Below are positions 29,086-38,615 of a stretch of 64,000 bases of DNA, piece after piece. The stretch covers positions 39 through 64,038 of the forward strand of contig JAHHTY010000001.1 in assembly GCA_020024325.1 (NCBI GenBank), given 5' to 3'. The notes below the pieces were generated by a model that saw only the letters and a list, made by a program, of their open reading frames with translations, was not told the DNA's origin and did no database searches. The stretch comes from Negativibacillus sp. (GTDB lineage: Bacteria > Bacillota > Clostridia > Oscillospirales > Ruminococcaceae). Numbering within the stretch: the stretch's first letter is position 1; every line of letters begins with the position of its first letter. The position numbers were made by a program, and so were the translations under genes.

Positions 29086-30330
29086 CTAATCCTTAAACGG
29101 TCGGAATGCAAGGCAGCCATTGTGCCCGCCAAATCCCAGCGAATCAGAAAGTGCAAGGGTCAATTCTGCACAAGTTGCTTTGTTTGGAACATAGTTTAAA
29201 TCACAATTTTCATCTGCCTGTTCATAATGAATGGTTGGTGGAATCACCCCGGTTTTCAGTGCCATCACACAAGCGATTGCTTCTACTGCTCCTGCTGCGC
29301 CCAACATATGACCTGTCATGGACTTAGTGGAACTTACATAAGCATCATAAGCAGCTTTTCCTAACGCAAGTTTTATTGCCAATGTTTCTGAACGGTCATT
29401 TAGTGGTGTACTGGTTCCATGTGCATTGATATAAACCTTTTCCCGGGAAATATCTTTTATACCTGCTTCCTGCAATGCTAAAGAAAAGGCCCTTTGTGCT
29501 CCAACTGCTTCCGGATGAGGTGCTGTTATATGGTGTGCATCGCAGGTATTTGCATAACCAACAATCTCAGCATAAATATGAGCCCCTCTTTCTTTAGCGT
29601 GCTCATATTCTTCCAGTACAACAATTCCTGCTCCCTCTCCCATAACAAATCCACTGCGGCGCTGGTCAAACGGCGTACACGCACATTCAGGATCTTCGCA
29701 GGTGGTTAATGCCTTACAGTTTGCAAAACCTGCAACCCCCACTTTGTTAATTGCCGCCTCTGCTCCACCGGAAATAATGGCATCTGCATAACCATAACGA
29801 ATTGCATGAAATGCTTCTCCAATTGCATGAGTGGATGTTGCACAAGCTGTTACAACCGGGAGATTTACCCCTTGTGCGTCAAAACGAATGGCAATGTTGC
29901 CCGAAGCAATGTTGCAAATCATCATCGGTATCAAAAAAGGAGAAATGTGCTTTGGTCCGCTCGTGAAAAACTTTTCGCACTGTTCTGTAATAGTATTGAT
30001 ACCACCAGTACCAGAGCCTACATAAACACCAAGCCTTTGAGCATCAATGTTTTTTCCTGCTTCTAATCCTGAATCTTCCATTGCCTGTACTGCTGCTGCC
30101 ATGGCATATTGAGCGTACAAATCTGTTTTTCGTACCTGTGTTTTTTCTATGTACTGTGTCGGGTCAAAGTCTTTCACCTCTGCTGCCACCCGTACCTTTT
30201 GTTCGGAAGTATCAAAGCGAGTGATAAGACCTACCCCATTTTTACCTGCTGTTAGATTTTCCCAAAAATTTTTGATGTCATTTCCTACCGGGGAGATTAC
30301 CCCCATACCGGTTATCACAACTCTTTTCAT
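29086..30330 (-). CDS. fabF: 3-oxoacyl-ACP synthase II
   Basis: [35 protein letters not shown]. Confidence 0.96.
   Translation of the reverse strand: MKRVVITGMGVISPVGNDIKNFWENLTAGKNGVGLITRFDTSEQKVRVAAEVKDFDPTQYIEKTQVRKTDLYAQYAMAAAVQAMEDSGLEAGKNIDAQRLGVYVGSGTGGINTITEQCEKFFTSGPKHISPFLIPMMICNIASGNIAIRFDAQGVNLPVVTACATSTHAIGEAFHAIRYGYADAIISGGAEAAINKVGVAGFANCKALTTCEDPECACTPFDQRRSGFVMGEGAGIVVLEEYEHAKERGAHIYAEIVGYANTCDAHHITAPHPEAVGAQRAFSLALQEAGIKDISREKVYINAHGTSTPLNDRSETLAIKLALGKAAYDAYVSSTKSMTGHMLGAAGAVEAIACVMALKTGVIPPTIHYEQADENCDLNYVPNKATCAELTLALSDSLGFGGHNGCLAFRPFKD
29439..29452. promoter_or_regulatory. Noc-binding-site-like palindrome TTTCCCGGGAAATA within fabF
   Basis: Same core as the intergenic cluster; lies in a variable segment (ISREK). 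Confidence 0.55.
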
Positions 30331-30388
30331 CTGTATTCCTCCCCTTGCGGACTGTGGTGATAGCTGATGTTTAGCTCCTCTTATTGTT

Positions 30389-31129
30389 TTACATATTTAG
30401 TCCGCCATCTACACAAAGGACCTGTCCTGTGATATATCTTGCTTCTTCCCCAGCTAAAAATGCTACTGCTGCTGCAATATCCTCACCTGTGCCCATCCTC
30501 TTCATCGGGATCTGAGATTCTGCACCTTCCCTCACCTTTGCAGGAAGCGCAGCTGTCATATCTGTCTGTATAAATCCCGGCGCAATCGCGTTACAGGTAA
30601 CATTTCTGGCTGCAAGTTCTTTTGCCACTGACTTTGTTAAACCTATCATACCAGCTTTTGCTGCGGCATAATTTGCCTGTCCTGCATTTCCCATTAACCC
30701 TGAAACCGAGCTGATATTGATGATTCGTCCCTGTCTTTTTTTCATAAACTGATGATAAGTATTTTTTATCATATAGAATGCTCCATTCAGATTGGTTTCC
30801 AAAACCTTCTGAAAATCTTCTTCTTTCATAGACAAAACAAGGGCATCTTTGACTATACCAGCATTATTCACTAGAATATCAATTCCTCCAAAACTTTCGC
30901 ATACCTTTTGAACTGCTCTTTTACTTTGTTCTGGATTGGAAACATCGCAGCACACACACAAACTTTCTACTCCATATTGTTCTATCATGCGGCAAGTTTC
31001 TTCTGCTGCTTCTTTATTGCCAGCATATATGACTGCAACATTGCATCCTTCCTTTGCCAAACGAACTGCAATCGCCCTTCCAATACCTCGAGATGCTCCT
31101 GTTACAAGGGCTGTCCTTCTTTTTTCCAT
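30389..31129 (-). CDS. fabG: 3-oxoacyl-ACP reductase
   Basis: TGASRGIG, NNAG, YAAAK, PGFIQTDMT. Confidence 0.96.
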   Translation of the reverse strand: MEKRRTALVTGASRGIGRAIAVRLAKEGCNVAVIYAGNKEAAEETCRMIEQYGVESLCVCCDVSNPEQSKRAVQKVCESFGGIDILVNNAGIVKDALVLSMKEEDFQKVLETNLNGAFYMIKNTYHQFMKKRQGRIINISSVSGLMGNAGQANYAAAKAGMIGLTKSVAKELAARNVTCNAIAPGFIQTDMTAALPAKVREGAESQIPMKRMGTGEDIAAAVAFLAGEEARYITGQVLCVDGGLNM

Positions 31130-32059
31130 CTATGTTTCCTCCATCATCTTTTTAACTGTATTCCTTAAGCTTTCTGCATCCTGTACATGGCAGACTTGAA
31201 CATCCTTGCAGATTTTTTTCACAAGTCCCTCCAGAGTTTTCCCCGGCCCCACTTCAATGAAGGTATCAAAACCGTCTTCAATCATTTGTAAAATGCTTTT
31301 CTCCCATAAAACGGGATTTGTTACCTGTGAGGTCAATAACTGCTTACATTGCTCTTCGTCACTGGGATAGGGCAAAGCTGTTTTATTTGCATAGACAGGT
31401 ACTTTGGTTTCATGAAAAGGAATTTTTTTCAACTGAGCTATCAGTTGTTTCTCTGCACTTATCATAAACGGAGAATGAAAACCACCGCTAACTGCAAGCG
31501 GAATTGCTTTTCCTTTTTCCTCTTTCACTCGACTGCAAAATTCCGCTAATTCTTCTTTATCAATTGCAACAGACAACTGACCGGGACAATTATAGTTTAC
31601 AGGATAAGCAGATGAAAATTCCTTGCAGATTATTTCTACTCTTTCATAATCTAGCTTTAACACCGCCACCATACCTGCCGGATCTTCCTTTGCCGCCTGC
31701 TCCATTGCTTGTGCTCGATGGCACACAAAATCAAAACCATCTCTTTCAGTAAATGCGCCTGCAAAAGTTAAAGCTGCAACTTCACCTAACGAAAAACCTG
31801 CTACTGCATCTGCAACAATTCCCATCTCTTCCAATGCTCTTGCTGCTGCAAGATCTGTGCAGTAAATGCAAGGCTGTGTGTTGATTGTTTGAGAAAGCTC
31901 CTCTGCACTTCCTTCAAAGCACTGTTTTGAAGTGTTTACCCGCAGACAATCTGCCATATTAAACACCTCTGCCGCTGCCTTTGAAGTTTGATAGAGTTCT
32001 TTTCCCATCCCACTATATTGAGCTCCTTGCCCTGCAAACAAAAAAGCTGTTTTACCCAT
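31130..32059 (-). CDS. fabD: Malonyl-CoA:ACP transacylase
   Basis: F.GQGAQ..GMG, TQP, GFSLGE, VSGGFHS, EVGPG. Confidence 0.95.
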   Translation of the reverse strand: MGKTAFLFAGQGAQYSGMGKELYQTSKAAAEVFNMADCLRVNTSKQCFEGSAEELSQTINTQPCIYCTDLAAARALEEMGIVADAVAGFSLGEVAALTFAGAFTERDGFDFVCHRAQAMEQAAKEDPAGMVAVLKLDYERVEIICKEFSSAYPVNYNCPGQLSVAIDKEELAEFCSRVKEEKGKAIPLAVSGGFHSPFMISAEKQLIAQLKKIPFHETKVPVYANKTALPYPSDEEQCKQLLTSQVTNPVLWEKSILQMIEDGFDTFIEVGPGKTLEGLVKKICKDVQVCHVQDAESLRNTVKKMMEET

Positions 32060-32068
32060 TGCAATCTC

Positions 32069-33016
32069 CTATCTGCAAAAACTTGATGCTTGATTTAAAA
32101 TCTGTTCTGCTTCTTGGAACATTTCTTCAATCATTTCTTTTGCAGTTTGTTCCTGATGTATCATTGCTGCACACTGCCCTGCCATAAAGCTGCCGTTTTT
32201 CTCATCGCCTTCTTTGGCTGCTTTACGCAAGGCACCTGAACCCATGCGTTCCAATTCTTCATCGGTCATTTCAGGATTATATTCTTGTCTTAAAAACTCG
32301 CGGCTAAATTGATTTTTCAAACAACGAATTGGATGTCCCAAGCGTCTGCCTGTTGAAATTGTGTCTATATCCTTTGCTTTCAGGATTTTATTTTTATAGT
32401 TTTGATGTACAGTACATTCTTTTGCAACTAAGAATCGTGTTCCGCATTGTACTCCGCAAGCCCCCAGCATAAATGCTGCGGCAATTCCTCTGCCATCCGC
32501 AATTCCTCCGGCAGCAAGTACCGGGATTTTTACCGCATCACACACCTGAGGTACTAATGTCATTGTGGTCAGCTCTCCGATATGACCGCCTGATTCTCCT
32601 CCTTCTGCAATAACCGCAAAAGCTCCGCTGCGTTCTACCAGTTTTGCCATGGCAGTGGAAGGAACCACCGGGATAACTTTAATTCCTGCCTCTATCCATT
32701 TTTTCATATACTTTCCGGGATTTCCCGCTCCGGTTACAACGATTGGTACATTTTCTTCCACTACAACTTCTGCTACTTCATCAGCAAAAGGGCTCATCAG
32801 CATGACATTAACACCAAATGCTTTCTTTGTCAGTTCTCTTGCTTTACGAATTTCTTCTCTCAGCCAGTTTGCATCGGCATTCATCGCTGCAATGATTCCC
32901 AGTCCTCCTGCGTTGCTGACTGCGGCTGCTAAAGATGCGTCTGCAATCCATGCCATTCCTCCCTGAAAGATTGGGTAGTCAATTCCCAAGGCTTCGCAAA
33001 GTTTCGTTGTAATCAT
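32069..33016 (-). CDS. fabK: Enoyl-ACP reductase II
   Basis: PIFQGGMAW, EGGESGGHIG, AAGGIADGRG, GTRF, MAGQ. Confidence 0.94.
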   Translation of the reverse strand: MITTKLCEALGIDYPIFQGGMAWIADASLAAAVSNAGGLGIIAAMNADANWLREEIRKARELTKKAFGVNVMLMSPFADEVAEVVVEENVPIVVTGAGNPGKYMKKWIEAGIKVIPVVPSTAMAKLVERSGAFAVIAEGGESGGHIGELTTMTLVPQVCDAVKIPVLAAGGIADGRGIAAAFMLGACGVQCGTRFLVAKECTVHQNYKNKILKAKDIDTISTGRRLGHPIRCLKNQFSREFLRQEYNPEMTDEELERMGSGALRKAAKEGDEKNGSFMAGQCAAMIHQEQTAKEMIEEMFQEAEQILNQASSFCR

Positions 33017-33146
33017 ACAAAAACCCCTTTCTGTTTCAATCATTAGACAAAAGCCGCAGGACAAAAACCGATTTATCCTTCCGCTTTTGCCCAATCAAGC
33101 GGTCTTTTTGATCTTTACAAAAAGACCGCTGTTGAGTTGGTATGTT

Positions 33147-33365
33147 TTATTTTTGTTCTTCGATTGCTTTTACAATATCTCCCACTGTCTTGATGTCTTC
33201 ACTCATTTCCAGCTGAATTTCAAATTCATCCTCAAAAGTCATCATCAAATCCACAGTGTCAAGACTATCCAATTCCAATTCTTCGAAAGTGGAATTTTCA
33301 TGAATTTCGTTTGCATCACATTCCTTATACTCTGCTAAAATTGCAATTACTTTTTCTAATATCAT
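33147..33365 (-). CDS. acpP: Acyl carrier protein
   Basis: LDSLD phosphopantetheine site; acidic 72 aa; AGGAGG RBS. Confidence 0.96.
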   Translation of the reverse strand: MILEKVIAILAEYKECDANEIHENSTFEELELDSLDTVDLMMTFEDEFEIQLEMSEDIKTVGDIVKAIEEQK

Positions 33366-33394
33366 TTTTGTTTCCTCCTAAAATGTTTTTGATG

Positions 33395-33500
33395 TATTTC
33401 CGAGGAAATAGTATCCTATTGTTTCCCGGGAAATACACTGAAGATATAAATTTTATCTTTTCCCGGGAAATATTTTTAATCAAACTTTTCCCGGGAAATA
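33395..33500. repeat. Cluster of four Noc-binding-site-like palindromes in the fabH-acpP intergenic region
   Basis: TATTTCCGAGGAAATA 33395-410; TTTCCCGGGAAATA at 33422, 33459 and 33487. Confidence 0.8.
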
Positions 33501-33513
33501 ATTCTTGATTTGA

Positions 33514-34473
33514 CTACCAAGTTAAAACGCAAGCCCCTGTTGTCAATCCTGCTCCAAAAGCACTGAGTGCCAACAACTCTCCTGTTTTTAACTTAGATTC
33601 TGACTGTGCCTTATCCAAGACAACCGGAATGCTTGCCGCCGAGGTGTTTCCCAGTATTTCAATGCCTGTTAAACAGTGCTCCATCGGAATTTTCAATTTA
33701 GCGGCTGCGGATTCAATAATTCTCAAATTTGCCTGATGTGGAACCAACCAATCCAGCTCACTGATAGATATGCTCGCTTGTTTACAAACCTCTTTGACAT
33801 CGTGACAAATTGACGATACAGCAAATCTATAAACTTCCTGCCCGTTCATTGCTAAAAACGATTCCTGCTCAGGAATACTATCAAATGGGCTATTTCCATT
33901 AACATGGGGGATATTCAAAAAATCAATATTTCCTTTTGCACTGAGGCTGATTGACTTCAGTGCATCCCCTTCTCCCAAAACAGCAGCCCCTGCTGCATCT
34001 CCAAACAAGACACAGGTAGAACGATCTTTCCAATCTACTAACTTTGACATCACATCTCCGGCAAGCACTAAAACTTTTTGCACCTTTTTTCTGACAAAGT
34101 ATCCTGCTGCCACATCCAATGCATATAAAAAACCTGTACAAGCAGCTCCAATATCCATTGCCGGGCATTTTGCTCCAAGCTCTTTTTGGATGATGCAGGC
34201 TTGCGAAGGTGTGATGTAATCTCCTTTAATGGTGGCACACAGAATCAAATCCAACTGTTGGGCTGTAATTCCTGCACGAGCAAGCGCCTCTTTGCCTGCT
34301 GTGGTAAGCAGCTCTGTCAGACTTTCATCTGTACATACTGCCCGTTCCCGAATCCCTGTTCTTTGGCTGATCCATTCATCGCTGGTATCCAAGAATCCAG
34401 ACAAATCATCATTTGTTTTTCGGCATTTAGGAAGGGCACTTGCTACCGAAAGCAATCGAAACACTTTTTTCAC
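33514..34473 (-). CDS. fabH: 3-oxoacyl-ACP synthase III
   Basis: DTSDEWI.QRTGIRER, AACTGF, PHQANLRII, GNTSAASIP; GTG start. Confidence 0.95.
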   Translation of the reverse strand: MKKVFRLLSVASALPKCRKTNDDLSGFLDTSDEWISQRTGIRERAVCTDESLTELLTTAGKEALARAGITAQQLDLILCATIKGDYITPSQACIIQKELGAKCPAMDIGAACTGFLYALDVAAGYFVRKKVQKVLVLAGDVMSKLVDWKDRSTCVLFGDAAGAAVLGEGDALKSISLSAKGNIDFLNIPHVNGNSPFDSIPEQESFLAMNGQEVYRFAVSSICHDVKEVCKQASISISELDWLVPHQANLRIIESAAAKLKIPMEHCLTGIEILGNTSAASIPVVLDKAQSESKLKTGELLALSAFGAGLTTGACVLTW

Positions 34474-34491
34474 CCTCTTTTAAACTATTCT

Positions 34492-34953
34492 TTATTTTTC
34501 AATCTGTTCTTTGAGGAATAAATCCAGCTTCATAATGCCTTGATACAAAATTTGCTGTTCTTCCTCTGTCATTCCCTTGATGATGCTTCTCACCATCGAC
34601 TCATGAAAATAGCGGTGTGCAGAATCAATTTTTCTTCCCATTCGTGTCAACGAAACATAAACAATTCTTGCATCCTCTTCTCCTCTTACCTTTTCAACAT
34701 AACCTTTTTTCATCAGCTTGTTGATGGCAACAGTAACCGACGGCAATGTAACGTCCAAGTCATCTGCAAGTTCAGAAATTGTTCTGCGTCGATTTTTTCC
34801 CTTCCCTACTGCCTCCAGGATATGCATCTCATTGATGGTTAAATCAATTTTATCCGAACGCTTTAAAACACTTTCCTCCACCTTTAAGATAGAACGATAT
34901 GCCTCCACAATTGCAGTATTCAGTTTTTCTTCAAACGGTTTCATATTAGACAT
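34492..34953 (-). CDS. fabT: MarR-family fatty-acid biosynthesis regulator
   Basis: LTINEMHILEAVG, VTVAINKL.KKGYV, HRYFHE.MV; first gene of the fab operon. Confidence 0.85.
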   Translation of the reverse strand: MSNMKPFEEKLNTAIVEAYRSILKVEESVLKRSDKIDLTINEMHILEAVGKGKNRRRTISELADDLDVTLPSVTVAINKLMKKGYVEKVRGEEDARIVYVSLTRMGRKIDSAHRYFHESMVRSIIKGMTEEEQQILYQGIMKLDLFLKEQIEK

Positions 34954-35000
34954 CCTTTCAGCTAATCACCGAAGATTAAAAGTAATACTTGTTACTTTTA

Positions 35001-35046
35001 ATTAGATTGACAAACTAATTATAATCATCTGTTACCACATTGTCAA
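35001..35046 (-). promoter_or_regulatory. fab operon promoter TTGACA-17bp-TATAAT followed by a FabT-like box AGTTTGTCAATCTAAT
   Basis: -35 at 35046-41, -10 at 35023-18; the dyad at 35001-17 covers the expected TSS. Confidence 0.75.
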
Positions 35047-35138
35047 GCAAAATATTATGAATATTTTGCTACAGTCTTTTATGTTCATGAAAAAAAGATG
35101 TATTTTTCGCAGTATTATGCCAAAAATACATCTTTTCT

Positions 35139-35759
35139 CTAACGAATAAAATTTGTTCTTTGAACAGGTTCTTTCTCTGGAAATTCGATTCCATGTTGTT
35201 TTCCTGTTTCAATACATTGCAATAGCCATGCCATATTTCTGCCCAATGTACGCATGATCTGCATACCCTCTTTGTCTTGCACAACTTCCTGAGGGGTATT
35301 GCCATGCACCATATTCCAGTAACGTGAAGAAACAACCGGCATACCGCTAATCATAAAATATTTGTTAAGCTGATCCAAAGACGCAGTAGACCCCGCACGC
35401 CGACAGCTGACAACGGCTGCTCCCGGTTTTCCTTCAAACAAGCTTGTTCTTCCATAAAACACTCTGTCTAAAAATGAGCTGATTTGTCCTGAAGCACTGG
35501 CAAAATATACCGGTGATCCAAAGATAAATCCATCTGCTTCTTTTGCTTTATCAATAAATTCATTTACTCCATCGTCAATCACACAATAACCCGTCTTTCT
35601 GCATCCTCCGCAGTCAATGCAGCCTGAAACAGGTTTTGTTCCAATTTGAAAAATCTCTGTTTCAATCCCGTTTTTCTCAAGCTCTTTAGCCACTTCACAC
35701 AGTGCTGTATAAGTACATCCTGCAGGATGTGGACTGCCATTTAATAAAAGTACTTTCAT
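35139..35759 (-). CDS. Flavodoxin-like / iron-sulfur flavoprotein (NADPH-dependent FMN reductase family)
   Basis: NGSPH..G.T, CIDCGGC...C, GSPVYF, RRAG. Confidence 0.88.
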   Translation of the reverse strand: MKVLLLNGSPHPAGCTYTALCEVAKELEKNGIETEIFQIGTKPVSGCIDCGGCRKTGYCVIDDGVNEFIDKAKEADGFIFGSPVYFASASGQISSFLDRVFYGRTSLFEGKPGAAVVSCRRAGSTASLDQLNKYFMISGMPVVSSRYWNMVHGNTPQEVVQDKEGMQIMRTLGRNMAWLLQCIETGKQHGIEFPEKEPVQRTNFIR

Positions 35760-35798
35760 TTTTACTCCCTCTTTCTAAAAATGGATACTTTTATTTTA

Positions 35799-36497
35799 TC
35801 ACAGCATTTTATACTTTGTAAGGGTATTAAACATCAAATTTTCTGTTTCTTTCTTATCTCTTTGCATAAAAATATTTTTTACATCCGATAGAGTATCTAC
35901 TACATAATCCGCAATAGACTCGGCAAACATGGTATCTTGGTATTTAGCCAAGCCACTGCGTATCCATATGGTTTTCATTCCGATTGCTTTCGCAGGGATT
36001 ATATCGTTATCTAATCTATCCCCGACCATCACAGCTTTTTCTGCACGATAATCTGCCATTTCAAGTGCCTTGTAAAAGATTTTGGCATCAGGTTTTGATA
36101 CTCCAAGTTCTGCAGACGAAGCAACAACATCAAAACAATCTAAAATCCCCCAATTTTTAAGTCTTTCGCTTACACCCAAAGTTTGATTGGCAATAACGCC
36201 AAGTTTATATTTGCATCGCTTTAAATAATCCAGCGTCTGTTTTGTATCTGCAAATAGTTTCTCATCTTCACTGTGCCACGGTGTTTTTGCCAGTCCGAAA
36301 AATTTAATTGCCTGTGAATTTCCGTCATAGCCACTTCTTGTTAACTCAATTCTCTTTTTATCAAAAGCTTTAAAAGTAATATCAGTACCAGAAATCATAT
36401 CTCTTATTCGATGATTATATGCTTCTGTTTCATCTACAAGCGTTGAACCAATATCAAAAAACACCCAGGTTATATCCATGACAGATTTATCCCCCAT
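35799..36497 (-). CDS. HAD-superfamily hydrolase
   Basis: FFDIGSTLVD, KPD..IF, MVGDRLDNDI. Confidence 0.88.
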   Translation of the reverse strand: MGDKSVMDITWVFFDIGSTLVDETEAYNHRIRDMISGTDITFKAFDKKRIELTRSGYDGNSQAIKFFGLAKTPWHSEDEKLFADTKQTLDYLKRCKYKLGVIANQTLGVSERLKNWGILDCFDVVASSAELGVSKPDAKIFYKALEMADYRAEKAVMVGDRLDNDIIPAKAIGMKTIWIRSGLAKYQDTMFAESIADYVVDTLSDVKNIFMQRDKKETENLMFNTLTKYKML

Positions 36498-36610
36498 CGT
36501 TTCAAAGTTTCATTGAATGAAACAATTATATCTTATTTCAAATTAAAGCAACCGATGTTAAAACCAGAGCAAGAGAAAACATCTTTTTCTTTATATAATC
36601 CTTGATTAAC

Positions 36611-36650
36611 AAACAGGCATTATTAAGAATTTATCTTAATAATGCCTGTT
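36611..36650 (-). terminator. Terminator after the nitroreductase gene
   Basis: AAACAGGCATTATTAAGA...TCTTAATAATGCCTGTTT. Confidence 0.7.
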
Positions 36651-36676
36651 TTACCGCTGATGCCTCTCAGCAATTT

Positions 36677-37210
36677 TTATAATTCATATTTTTCAAAGTG
36701 AATTTTATCCATTGGTAAATCTTGCAACAGATGAGGCTCCGGGTGATTTTCTATTACTCCAACAGAAAGGATTGCCTCCAAACGATAAGAGTTTGGAACC
36801 GAAAGAAGTTCTCGGCAAAATTCCTCAGTTGTTCTTCCGTCCTCTGCCTCTCGCAGTCTTCCCTGAATCCAGCAGCTACCCAGACCCAAGCTATCTGCCA
36901 TCAGATGCATATTGCTCATAACGATTGAGCAGTCTTCTGTCCAAACATCTGTTTTTTCCGGATCCGCAAATACCAGAATGGCACAGCCTGCATTTTCGAG
37001 CATCTTGCTTGCCCCAACTCTGCAATGAGAAAGTTTTTCCAGTGTTTCTTTTTTCTGAACCACTACAAATTCCCAGGGTTTACGGGTTCTGCCGGATGGA
37101 GATAACAAACCTGCCTGCAAAATTTTTTCCAGCAAATCCTTTGGAATCGGCTCACCTGTATACTGTCTGACACTTCTTCGTTTTAAAAGCAAATCCAGCA
37201 GTTCCATCAT
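36677..37210 (-). CDS. Nitroreductase-family protein
   Basis: RRSVRQY, SPSG...PWEF, LGLGSCW. Confidence 0.9.
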   Translation of the reverse strand: MMELLDLLLKRRSVRQYTGEPIPKDLLEKILQAGLLSPSGRTRKPWEFVVVQKKETLEKLSHCRVGASKMLENAGCAILVFADPEKTDVWTEDCSIVMSNMHLMADSLGLGSCWIQGRLREAEDGRTTEEFCRELLSVPNSYRLEAILSVGVIENHPEPHLLQDLPMDKIHFEKYEL

Positions 37211-37270
37211 CGCATCTCCTTTTTGCTTTATTGTCTAATCAGTCAAAGCAAGTGAATCAACAAGGACTAT

Positions 37271-38479
37271 TTAGAAGCTCTGTGCAAAAGATTTTCCATA
37301 TTCTTTTGCCTTTTCTAAATCTTCTTCGGTTGGTACAAAGTTCACCTTAAAACCTTCCCCAAACACATTCATCTTTAATCCCTGCAATCTTGCCTGAATA
37401 TTTCCTACTGCTTCTCCTGTCCATCCAAAGGAACCGAATACCATTGCCGGTTTTCTTGCAGAGTTGATTGCGTCTACTCCTGCCAGCAAATTCCAAACGG
37501 GTGCAACTGCATCGCGATTGAGTGTTGGACTGCCCACTGCAAAAGCATTACAACGGTTAATCAGTGTGTGTAACTGCGCCATATCGTGCTCGATGATGTC
37601 ATAAGTTTCACACTCTGCATATGGTTTTGCTTCCAGAATACCCTCGCGGATTTTTTCAGCCAGTTTTGCAGTATTGCCATAAGCAGATGTGTAGAATACC
37701 GGAATAACAGGAATTTTATTAACAGATGGGGCAGACCATTCTTCGTAACGTGAAAGAACCTCGTTTAACTTTCCATTTTTAGTGAGAACGGGACCGTGGC
37801 TTGTACAAATAAAATCAGGATGAACCGGGAGAGCCTTAATCTTCTCCAAACCTTTGCGAACAAAAGAAGAAAACGGACCGAAAATAGCACCATAATACAG
37901 TTCCAATGCTGCATCATAAGCTTTTGGATAAGCAATGCAGGTATCAAAAGTATATGGTTCGCAGTAATGACAGCCGAGGAAATCGCAGGTAAAGAGAGTT
38001 TTTGCATCTTCTACCCATGTAAACATGGAATCAGGCCAATGCAGATTTGGTGCAAAGAAGAAGGTCAGAACTCTACCACCGAGATCCAGTGTATCGCCAT
38101 CTTTTACCCTATGAATTTCCAGGTTTTCAATATTCGTAATATTTTTCAGGTAGATAGAACCTGCCTGAGAAGCAATCAGCTGCGCATTTGGCATCAGTGC
38201 CATCAACTTTGCCAAAGCACCGGAGTGATCCGGTTCGTTATGGTTCATGATGATGTAGTCAATTTCTTCCAGCGGACAAACTTCTTTGATATTTTCCAAA
38301 TACTGTGGAAAAAAAGCTTCGTGACAAGTTTCAATCAATGCTGTTTTTTCGTTTCCTCTTACCAGGTAAGAGTTATAGCTGGTACCGGAATCGGTTTTCA
38401 TGATAATATCAAAGACCCTCATATTCGGGTTATTGATTCCAACGGCATAAATACCTTCTGTAATTTTAACTGCGGACAT
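37271..38479 (-). CDS. fprA: Flavodiiron protein (A-type flavoprotein)
   Basis: GTSYNSYL, NHNEPDHSG, HWPDSM, SHG, YTSAYGNT, GSPT, FGSFGWTGEA. Confidence 0.92.
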   Translation of the reverse strand: MSAVKITEGIYAVGINNPNMRVFDIIMKTDSGTSYNSYLVRGNEKTALIETCHEAFFPQYLENIKEVCPLEEIDYIIMNHNEPDHSGALAKLMALMPNAQLIASQAGSIYLKNITNIENLEIHRVKDGDTLDLGGRVLTFFFAPNLHWPDSMFTWVEDAKTLFTCDFLGCHYCEPYTFDTCIAYPKAYDAALELYYGAIFGPFSSFVRKGLEKIKALPVHPDFICTSHGPVLTKNGKLNEVLSRYEEWSAPSVNKIPVIPVFYTSAYGNTAKLAEKIREGILEAKPYAECETYDIIEHDMAQLHTLINRCNAFAVGSPTLNRDAVAPVWNLLAGVDAINSARKPAMVFGSFGWTGEAVGNIQARLQGLKMNVFGEGFKVNFVPTEEDLEKAKEYGKSFAQSF

Positions 38480-38615
38480 GGTACATCTTCCTTTCTGTTG
38501 TTTCACTTCTCATATTTATATTATACAAAAAAAGTATAATATTGTAAAGATATAAAATTAACAAATAGTTGCTTCATATCCTGAAAAAAATAGCATTTTT
38601 TTAGGTATTATAAAC

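Noticed and set aside
33395..33500. Mini-CRISPR or parS interpretation of the TTTCCCGGGAAATA repeats
   Set aside because: The repeats are only 14 bp with irregular 11-23 bp gaps and there are no cas genes; the core CCCGGG fits NBS, not the parS core CACGTG
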